NCBI GenBank assembly: GCA_033762115.1
Contig: JANRLX010000073.1
Location: 1 to 24,700, forward strand
Origin: Verrucomicrobiota bacterium
GTDB lineage: Bacteria > Verrucomicrobiota > Verrucomicrobiia > Limisphaerales > SXQI01
DNA length: 24,700 nucleotides
Reading direction: 5' to 3'
Shown here: one piece after another, positions 7,958 to 15,539 of the stretch
Layout: each line of letters begins with the position of its first letter
How positions within the stretch are numbered: the stretch's first letter is position 1
Translations under genes and position numbers: made by a program
The notes under the pieces: model-generated
Database searches by the model: none
What the model was told of the DNA's origin: nothing
The model's input: the letters and a program-made list of their open reading frames with translations, nothing else

Positions 7958-10609
7958 ATGTCCGAACTGCCTAAAACTTACGATCCACAAACGGTTGAAG
8001 CCAAATGGTACCGCCACTGGATGGAGAGCCGATGTTTCATCGCTGATCCAAAATCCACTAAACCTGCCTACTCCATCGTCATTCCCCCTCCCAACGTGAC
8101 TGGCATTCTGCATATGGGTCATGTGCTGAATAACACAATTCAGGACATTCTTTCCCGCAAGGCACGAATGGAAGCAAAAGAGGTTCTCTGGCTGCCCGGT
8201 ACCGATCATGCAGGGATCGCCACCCAGGTAATGGTGGAGAAAAAAATCAAAAAGGAAGAAAAGCTGAGTCGCCATGACTTGGGGCGTGAGAAATTTATCG
8301 ACCGTGTCTGGGAATGGAAGGAGAAGCATGGCGGAATCATTATCGAACAACTGAAACGGTTGGGCGCTTCATGCGATTGGTCGCGGGAACGCTTTACGAT
8401 GGACCCGGCTTATTCAAGAGCGGTGGCGGAAACCTTCGTTGATTTATTTTCCAAGGGGTTGATTTACAGAGGGAAACGAATGGTCAATTGGTGCCCGGTC
8501 AGCCTGACCGCGCTTTCAGATGAAGAAGTCAACATGAAGCCGCAAAACGGGCTTATGTATTACTTCAAAGTGGAAGTGGCTGAAGATCCAGGGGTGTTTT
8601 TGACCATCGCGACAACTCGCCCTGAAACCATTCCTGGGGATACCGCTGTGGCAATCAATCCTCGCGATGAACGTTACGCGAAATACATTGGGAAACATGT
8701 CGTCCGTCCCCTTCCGGCCGAACTCGCATTGGAAAAAAAATTGATCCCCATTATTGGGGATGAGCAGGTGGATTTTGAATTTGGCACCGGCGTCCTCAAG
8801 GTAACTCCTGCGCACGACAAGGCAGATTTTGAGATTGGACAACGGCACAAACTGCCAGTGATCGAAGTGATCGAGGCCAACGGGACGATGAACGATTTGG
8901 CAGGATCAGACTTAAAAGGTGAGGAGCGTTTCAAGGCCCGCAAAATTGCGGCCGAAAAATTGAACGAGCTTGGCTTGTTGGTCAAAGAAGAACCTTACCA
9001 GAATAATGTCGGGTTCAGCGAACGCGCTGATGTCCCGATAGAGCCTCGGCTTTCCGAGCAATGGTTCCTGAAATATCCCAGCGTGACCCGGGCCAGGGAA
9101 ATTGCCCAGACTGGAGAACTTAAATTTTTTCCTGAGCGGTGGCAAAAAGTCTACGAGCATTGGCTGGCCAACATCCAGGATTGGTGCATCAGTCGGCAGC
9201 TTTGGTGGGGCCACCGCATTCCTGTGTGGTACCGCGGGAGTGAAATGAAATGCCAGCTCGATTCACCTGGTGAAGGGTGGGAACAGGATCCAGACGTGCT
9301 TGATACCTGGTTTTCCTCCTGGTTATGGCCTTTTGCCACGATGGATGAGCAGACCAAAGCAAAATTCTATCCCACCACAGTGCTGGTCAGCGGGCCGGAC
9401 ATTCTCTTCTTCTGGGTGGCAAGAATGGTCATGGCGGGAATTGAATACACCGGGAAACAACCCTTTTCCGACGTATACCTGACAGGCATCGTCAGAGACA
9501 AGGTTGGACGTAAAATGTCCAAAACCCTGGGCAATTCTCCGGACCCACTGGACCTGATCAGCAAATATAGCGCTGATGCTCTCCGCTTCGGTGTCATGCG
9601 ATCAGCACCGCTGGGGCAGGATGTGTTGTTTGATGAACAACATGTGGAACTGGGACGAAATTTCTGCACGAAACTCTGGAATGCATGCCGCTTTCGCCAG
9701 ATGCACGGAGGCGAATCGGAGGGAGAGATCACCCCTTCCCTGCTGACGAGCGATGACAAATGGATTTTGTTGCGACTGGATCGAGCTATCCGTGAGATCA
9801 ACTCATCCCTGGCAGAGTATAAATTCAACGAGGCGGCGCAGACTTTGTATCGGTTCTTCTGGAGCGAGTTTTGTGATTGGTATCTGGAAAGCACAAAGGC
9901 CGTGCTGCACAGTGATCATGCCCCGCAAAAGCAGAACACCCTGGCGGTGATGGATTTTGTACTGTCGCACACACTCCGGCTTTTTCACCCGTTTCTTCCA
10001 TTCATTACTGAGGAACTCTGGCACGGCCTGGGATATCAGCTTGAGCTTCCTGAAAACCAGGGCGGCAAATCCATCATGTTTGCGCGGTGGCCAAAGGAAC
10101 TGGACGCACAATTCAGGGAACATTACGGCCTGGATGAAAGTGATGAACAATGGACCCAGGCAAAATATGATTTGATTGTGGCTGGCCGAAACCTGCGACG
10201 TGAAGGGAATATCCAGTCCAGCAAAAGGGTCAAATTCATCTTCAAACCTGGGCCTGACCTCCCTGCTTATGAAATTGAAGTTTTCAAGATTCTGCTGAAC
10301 GCAGAGTCGTTGGAGGTGGACCGTTCTTTTGAACCGCGCAAGGGAATGCCCAATGTGCAATCTCCGCTCGGGACGCTTTGTTTGCCCCTGGAGGGATTGG
10401 TGGACATTGAGGCTGAGAAAGCGCGATTAACGAAGGAACTTGAGAAAATTTCCCTGGAGATAAAGAAGGTCGAGGAGAAGTTGGCCAACCCATCCTTCAC
10501 TTCAAAAGTTCCCCCCGCCGTTCTTGAGGAGCACCGAAATCGCCTCGTGGAATGGCAGAAAAAGCAGGAGCTTGTAAGGAATGCCTTGAAGGGGCTTTCC
10601 TCCGAATGA
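7958..10609 (+). CDS. valS: Valyl-tRNA synthetase
   Basis: PPPNVTGILHMGH (HIGH), GTDHAGIATQ, editing domain ATTRPET and GTGVLKVTPAHD, DWCISRQLWWGH, KMSKT, C-terminal coiled-coil arm. Start set at ATG 7958 (MSELPKTYDP). Confidence 0.98.
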   Translation: MSELPKTYDPQTVEAKWYRHWMESRCFIADPKSTKPAYSIVIPPPNVTGILHMGHVLNNTIQDILSRKARMEAKEVLWLPGTDHAGIATQVMVEKKIKKEEKLSRHDLGREKFIDRVWEWKEKHGGIIIEQLKRLGASCDWSRERFTMDPAYSRAVAETFVDLFSKGLIYRGKRMVNWCPVSLTALSDEEVNMKPQNGLMYYFKVEVAEDPGVFLTIATTRPETIPGDTAVAINPRDERYAKYIGKHVVRPLPAELALEKKLIPIIGDEQVDFEFGTGVLKVTPAHDKADFEIGQRHKLPVIEVIEANGTMNDLAGSDLKGEERFKARKIAAEKLNELGLLVKEEPYQNNVGFSERADVPIEPRLSEQWFLKYPSVTRAREIAQTGELKFFPERWQKVYEHWLANIQDWCISRQLWWGHRIPVWYRGSEMKCQLDSPGEGWEQDPDVLDTWFSSWLWPFATMDEQTKAKFYPTTVLVSGPDILFFWVARMVMAGIEYTGKQPFSDVYLTGIVRDKVGRKMSKTLGNSPDPLDLISKYSADALRFGVMRSAPLGQDVLFDEQHVELGRNFCTKLWNACRFRQMHGGESEGEITPSLLTSDDKWILLRLDRAIREINSSLAEYKFNEAAQTLYRFFWSEFCDWYLESTKAVLHSDHAPQKQNTLAVMDFVLSHTLRLFHPFLPFITEELWHGLGYQLELPENQGGKSIMFARWPKELDAQFREHYGLDESDEQWTQAKYDLIVAGRNLRREGNIQSSKRVKFIFKPGPDLPAYEIEVFKILLNAESLEVDRSFEPRKGMPNVQSPLGTLCLPLEGLVDIEAEKARLTKELEKISLEIKKVEEKLANPSFTSKVPPAVLEEHRNRLVEWQKKQELVRNALKGLSSE

Positions 10610-10647
10610 TCTGGGACTGTGCGGAGAAAAGACACTGGCGCGAAAGC

Positions 10648-10675
10648 TTGACAGGCCCTCCTGCTAAGATAAGCT
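10648..10675 (+). promoter_or_regulatory. Putative sigma70-type promoter for the beta-propeller gene
   Basis: TTGACA (10648-10653), 16 nt, TAAGCT (10670-10675); an alternative extended -10 TGcTAAGAT lies at 10662-10670. Confidence 0.5.
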
Positions 10676-10761
10676 GGGGGAAATCAACTCTGAGCTCGGT
10701 CAGAGCAGACGCAACTCTACTTGGCTTTCTAAAATGCAGTATAGAAAAAAAAGGCCCACGT

Positions 10762-12048
10762 ATGTATGCGACTCAACAATATCTAAGAAAACTTCAGTTA
10801 CTTATTTTGGCACTGATTTGCACATCTTCGTTCGCGGCTGGGTGGGACACCACATTTCCATCCCCTCCCCTGAATTCTGCTGGGTATGAGGTTATTTCCG
10901 ACGTTAATTGTTTAGGAAGTGATATATATGTTGCAATAAATGGAATCGATTCTGGATCAAACCATTACGGATATATAGCCAGGTATTCCGGAGGAAGCTG
11001 GAGCGGATTACCTAATAGTCATGTTTCGGGAACGATTTCAGTTTTAGCTTCCACGACTGTTTACAATCAATCAGCCAAACTCTTCGTTGGGGGTAGCTTT
11101 AATTCTGTTGGAAACACAAACTTACCCGCTACGAATGTGGCAGTCCTTTCGTTAACTTCCTCCCCTGTATGGAGCGCAATGGTTAGTGGAGGAGTTAATG
11201 GAACTGATGAAGCCGTCCATAGTCTTTACGCATTTGAGTATTGGGATAATTATTTTGGGACTCTCTATTCACGTGCAATGGTTTATGTAGGAGGATCCTT
11301 TACCACGGCGGGAAATAAGACAACCCCCTGTATTGCTAGATGGAGTGGCTTTGGCTATTTAGCTGCTGGCTGGGAAATCGTGGGCGGAGGAGTCGAGGAA
11401 ATTGACGGAAGTCGATGGGTTGAAGATATTAGTGTTGATCACACAAGTGGAGCGTATCCTACCTCAATCAATGCAATTTATTTATCGGGATGGTTTAAGA
11501 AGACTTTAGCAAGTGGAACCGTTTTCAACTCGGCAAAGTACTCCTCTTCATGGAATTGGACAGGGTCGGGTCTTGGTGGTATTGGGCTTCCTGAAACAGG
11601 TTGCACTCCCTTTTGGTATTCTTACTACAACTTTAGGGGGCATTCCGTAGCTCATATAGGCAATGTGGCATATTATGGGGGTTATTTTACCTGCGCCGCG
11701 GATAAGAACGGGCAGCTCAAATATTATGCTCCAGGCAGTGGTTGTTCCTGCTCTTTGTGCAGTGCTTACGGCGTTGCGGTAGCTCAACTTTCTTCATCTG
11801 ATATTTTAACGCTCCCTAACCCCAACAATTTGATAGGCAGTGCATCTTCTTTAACAGCGAAAGGATCCGATTTGTATGCAGGGGGTAATTTTGAAAACAT
11901 TTCGGGAACTCAATTTTATGCCGCTAAACTCTCTTACGGCAGCTGGATTAATTTAGGCGGCCCTACTGCACCAGTTCTGGATACAGCAGCAAACAGCACA
12001 TCAGTTTATTTTGCCACTCACTCCGAGATATTCCGCTATATTCCTTAA
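10762..12048 (+). CDS. Hypothetical secreted beta-propeller repeat protein (low GC)
   Basis: Sec signal peptide MYATQQYLRKLQLLILALICTSSFA; repeated blades LFVGGSFNSVG, VYVGGSFTTAG, IYLSGWFKKT, AYYGGYFTCA, LYAGGNFENISG, mostly followed by a (I/V)A-x-(W/Y/L)...W segment. Start corrected from the ORF-track 10552, which overlaps valS. Confidence 0.75.
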   Translation: MYATQQYLRKLQLLILALICTSSFAAGWDTTFPSPPLNSAGYEVISDVNCLGSDIYVAINGIDSGSNHYGYIARYSGGSWSGLPNSHVSGTISVLASTTVYNQSAKLFVGGSFNSVGNTNLPATNVAVLSLTSSPVWSAMVSGGVNGTDEAVHSLYAFEYWDNYFGTLYSRAMVYVGGSFTTAGNKTTPCIARWSGFGYLAAGWEIVGGGVEEIDGSRWVEDISVDHTSGAYPTSINAIYLSGWFKKTLASGTVFNSAKYSSSWNWTGSGLGGIGLPETGCTPFWYSYYNFRGHSVAHIGNVAYYGGYFTCAADKNGQLKYYAPGSGCSCSLCSAYGVAVAQLSSSDILTLPNPNNLIGSASSLTAKGSDLYAGGNFENISGTQFYAAKLSYGSWINLGGPTAPVLDTAANSTSVYFATHSEIFRYIP

Positions 12049-12067
12049 CAAAATGAAAACCAAAACA

Positions 12068-15000
12068 CTATTGAGTTTTGTTAAGCATTAAAGTAGCTGT
12101 TCGCCCAACTTCCGTAACGATCAAATCATTCCGTTGATCTCCATTCAGGTCAACGGAGATGCTTCCTCTTTGTTCGCCATGTAATTGGATTCCAGAACTG
12201 GTTGGAAGTGTGGGATGAAACTCCCCTTTGCCATCACCGAGGAGGAGCAAACCAAAACCGCTGTCGCTGCGTGGCAGATCTTTCCGGTAAGAGAACAGAT
12301 TTTGGGAAAGGAAAATATCGAGGTGTCCATCCTGGTTGAAGTCAGAAGCAACCGGGGAAAACGCCGGAGCAAATTGTACTTCCGCGGGCAAAGGGTTGGC
12401 CCTGAACCTTCCCTCCTTTTGCAGGAACAAGGTTGTTTCCAGCCAGTTCGCTTTCACCTGCTTCGCTTTCGAAACGTCGTTTCCCAAAAGTTGAGGAATT
12501 GTTGCGTTTGCAAAACCCGCAAAATTAGTGAAACCGCGATTAAGCGAAGAAAACGCAGTGACGTAAGCATCCAGTGATCGCAATGGATAAGAGTTTCCAT
12601 CAGGCGCCACATAAGCTTCGATGATTTCAATCGGTCCGCCAGCTTCAAAGTCTCCGTAATACAATTCGAGATTTTTCTTGTGAAAGGGTTGATATGGAGT
12701 GTTCACACCCCAATTGGAGCCGAGCAGATCGATTTTCCCATCTTTGTCAAAATCGCCCAGAGCCAACCCAGTCCAAAGACCGACATAAGAACTCAAACCG
12801 ACCTGTTCAGTAATTTCGTGAAGGATTCCCCGACGGTTCTCAAACAACCGCAAGTTCCCCCACTCTGTGGCCAGGAACAGATCATCCGCTCCGTCATTAT
12901 TCCAATCGGAGACCACTGCCCTTTTTACAATTCCTCCATTGCTTACAGCCTTGCTTTGAGTCCGGTCTGGAATCCAACTGCCCTGGTATTGAGTGCAGAT
13001 CAAGGAGTCACCAGCCAGCGGATATCTGCCAGGAACAGGACCCGCGCCGACAAATAAATCGGGTACGCCATCCTTGTTGAAATCGGCTTCCGCCAAAGCA
13101 GCAATTGATGCGCCGCCCGGCAAAGGTGAACGCCGCACCTCCTTGTCGTTTACATGAACCAGCCAGTTTGTTGCGGGCACCCTCCCCACCGAAGGAGCAA
13201 TCGCCAACAGAACTCCAGGCTGATTTGAAAGGACAACCGCAGCAGAGACGGATTCGGTCAGTCCGGTGATTTTTTGCGGTGTGAACTGACCCACGCCATT
13301 GTTCAGTAGAACTGCAGGCGCTCCAATGTTGGGAACCAAAAGCAAATCAGTTTTTTTATCTTCGTTCCAATCCAGAGAAAGTGCCGTGGGTCCGGTTTGC
13401 GCAACGCTTTTTGGGAGCAACGGCTGGAACAACAGTTCATTCTCAAACGGAATTGCGGAATCCGTCCAGGGAAGTGATTGCTCGGAAAAGAGCGGCGTTA
13501 CTTGCTTCACCTTTTCCACCGTAGCCGGAACAGTTGATCCGGGCGTCACTTCATAAATATGTCCTGGCTGAATTGTTTCGAGGCGGGTTTCCGAATGATC
13601 CGGCCATCGGATACGAAGAATCGGATTCTCTTCTCCCGGCTTGAGAGCAAAGGCAAGTTGCGGTTGATCACTGGAAAGGTACCTCCCGCCCGGAAAAATT
13701 TGATCCCTCTGCGGAGTGGCTCTCGGAACTTCAAGTGAAACTTTCGCTCCTGCTGTCACTTTGCCAGGGATGGACTTAACCCGAACCGCAACGCGAGAAG
13801 CGGTGGCCTCATTCCGATACAACGAAGCTTCCCCATTCATATTGTTCACCACCAGGTCCAGGTCACCGTCATTGTCCAGGTCACCCAGGGCGATCCCATG
13901 CGAAACACCGTTGAAATTGAAACCCCACTCAGTCCCAACCTCTTTAAATTGTCGATTGCCTAAGTTCCGGTAGGCGAGGTTGGGAGTCGCCAGGCGTGGA
14001 AAGCCTTTCCGGAGCTGAAGCTTTTCCTCTGCGGTCAACTGGCGATTGCTTTTTAGCTCTTCAATTCGTTTCGCCACATCCACATTCAATCCATCCCGTT
14101 CATTGCCATTTGTAATCAACAGATCTTCATACCCATCCAGATCCACATCGAGGAAGGCCACACCCCAGGTCCATTCGGTGGCCTCAAGCCCGGCATAATG
14201 GGCGATTTCCTGGTAGGCATTATTTCCTGCATTCAAAAACAAGCTGTTCACTTTCCAAAATGGGCGATTGGTGACCACTCCCGGCGTGTATTGTGGGAAG
14301 GTCAATCCGCCCAGCTGAGTCAAACGCTTTTCCTGCTGTCTGCTCAGCATGTCGGCGGTAAAAATATCTTCATCCCCATCCCGATCAATGTCGGAAAAAT
14401 CGACAGCCATCGAGAAGTAACTGCTCTTTCTGAACATGAGCGGTGGCGCTTCCTGAAAGTAAGTTTTTTTATTGAGCCAAATCCGGTCATTGGCTTCGAA
14501 ATCATTGCACACGTAAAGGTCAGGCAACCCATCATCATCAATGTCCCTGAACATCGCGGCCAATCCCCACTCATACAATGGACGCGACAAGCGCTCTCCC
14601 TGCGCGTTATGAAAAAATCCGCCTCCGAATGGCACCTCGATAAAATTCGTCCCTCCCTGGTTCAGATAAAAACGGTCCCTTTCCCCATTCTCGGAAATTT
14701 GTCCCTGCGGACTGACTTCAAAACGTCCTTCAAACTCCGGATCAGTGACAGGTCGGCCATTCACCCTCGAAACTTGCAACCCTGCGGGACGTCGCGATAT
14801 CGTAAATTGTGTATCCGGCATATCGATCAATGCCTGGCTCCGGTAATTGGCAAAGTATATGTCGAGGAAACCATCCCCATTGACATCTGCCACGCCAGAA
14901 GTCATTCCCGCGCTTCGCCCGTTCAACACGTTCGATTTGGAAAATTTGCCTTTGCCATTATTGAAAAAAAGCTGAGAACCCTGACCAAAACTATTCACCA

Positions 15001-15436
15001 AAAGATCAAGGCTCCCATCATTATTGAAGTCTGCAAAAAGAGCACCGGAAGCGTTGAAATTTGTCAGCGCGACGCCCGCAGGGATGGCAATCTCCTCGAA
15101 TCGCCAGTCGTCAAGATTCCGATAGAGATAGGAACGGCCTGAGAGACTCGGGAAAAAAATATCGCATAAATCGTCATTATCGATGTCGCCCAATGCGACG
15201 CCTGATCCGTTGAGCAACATCTGGTTGGTGAGATAGCGCTCTTCAGGAAGCCGATTGGCGAACGTCACCTGCGTCTCGGTCGAGGGCATGAGCGTGAAAC
15301 CGGTCCTGCCTTGCGCAAACGGCGGAAGCCTCGCCTGACGACCGAACTGGTTGGTTTCCCAATCCAACTTCGAAGCAAACAGGGAATAGGCAGAGCAGAT
15401 GCTCAGGATCAAAGAAATTGAGAGGCATCGGGACAC
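12068..15436 (-). CDS. Secreted FG-GAP/VCBS repeat protein with central ASPIC/UnbV domain (CRTAC1 family)
   Basis: Signal peptide; more than ten DxDxDGxxD-type loops (GDIDNDDLCD, ADFNNDGSLD, ADVNGDGFLD, GDLDNDGDLD, GDFDKDGKID...); ASPIC/UnbV motif GAKVSL...GGRYLSSDQPQLAFAL...IRWPD. Confidence 0.9.
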   Translation of the reverse strand: MSRCLSISLILSICSAYSLFASKLDWETNQFGRQARLPPFAQGRTGFTLMPSTETQVTFANRLPEERYLTNQMLLNGSGVALGDIDNDDLCDIFFPSLSGRSYLYRNLDDWRFEEIAIPAGVALTNFNASGALFADFNNDGSLDLLVNSFGQGSQLFFNNGKGKFSKSNVLNGRSAGMTSGVADVNGDGFLDIYFANYRSQALIDMPDTQFTISRRPAGLQVSRVNGRPVTDPEFEGRFEVSPQGQISENGERDRFYLNQGGTNFIEVPFGGGFFHNAQGERLSRPLYEWGLAAMFRDIDDDGLPDLYVCNDFEANDRIWLNKKTYFQEAPPLMFRKSSYFSMAVDFSDIDRDGDEDIFTADMLSRQQEKRLTQLGGLTFPQYTPGVVTNRPFWKVNSLFLNAGNNAYQEIAHYAGLEATEWTWGVAFLDVDLDGYEDLLITNGNERDGLNVDVAKRIEELKSNRQLTAEEKLQLRKGFPRLATPNLAYRNLGNRQFKEVGTEWGFNFNGVSHGIALGDLDNDGDLDLVVNNMNGEASLYRNEATASRVAVRVKSIPGKVTAGAKVSLEVPRATPQRDQIFPGGRYLSSDQPQLAFALKPGEENPILRIRWPDHSETRLETIQPGHIYEVTPGSTVPATVEKVKQVTPLFSEQSLPWTDSAIPFENELLFQPLLPKSVAQTGPTALSLDWNEDKKTDLLLVPNIGAPAVLLNNGVGQFTPQKITGLTESVSAAVVLSNQPGVLLAIAPSVGRVPATNWLVHVNDKEVRRSPLPGGASIAALAEADFNKDGVPDLFVGAGPVPGRYPLAGDSLICTQYQGSWIPDRTQSKAVSNGGIVKRAVVSDWNNDGADDLFLATEWGNLRLFENRRGILHEITEQVGLSSYVGLWTGLALGDFDKDGKIDLLGSNWGVNTPYQPFHKKNLELYYGDFEAGGPIEIIEAYVAPDGNSYPLRSLDAYVTAFSSLNRGFTNFAGFANATIPQLLGNDVSKAKQVKANWLETTLFLQKEGRFRANPLPAEVQFAPAFSPVASDFNQDGHLDIFLSQNLFSYRKDLPRSDSGFGLLLLGDGKGEFHPTLPTSSGIQLHGEQRGSISVDLNGDQRNDLIVTEVGRTATLMLNKTQ

Positions 15437-15502
15437 GCCGGAACTTTCGCCCGAAATCAGGCCATTGTCATGCCCAACATTTGCGTGTTCAACGAGAGAT
15501 GA

Positions 15503-15530
15503 TTGCGCTCAGAGTCCACGATGTTAAAGT
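15503..15530 (+). promoter_or_regulatory. Putative promoter for prfC
   Basis: TTGCGC (15503-15508), 16 nt, TAAAGT (15525-15530) with extended -10 TG, 9 nt before the GTG start. Confidence 0.4.
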
Positions 15531-15539
15531 GGCTCTTCT

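Noticed and set aside
8733..8740. A8 tract in valS as a frameshift or phase-variation site
   Set aside because: The frame is intact (Glu-Lys-Lys codons) in an essential gene.
10552..10761. 70-aa N-terminal extension of the beta-propeller ORF overlapping valS
   Set aside because: It spans the valS end and a promoter-like region; the signal peptide begins at ATG 10762.
14198..15142. 314-aa plus-strand ORF
   Set aside because: Antisense shadow of the FG-GAP gene; no recognisable motifs.
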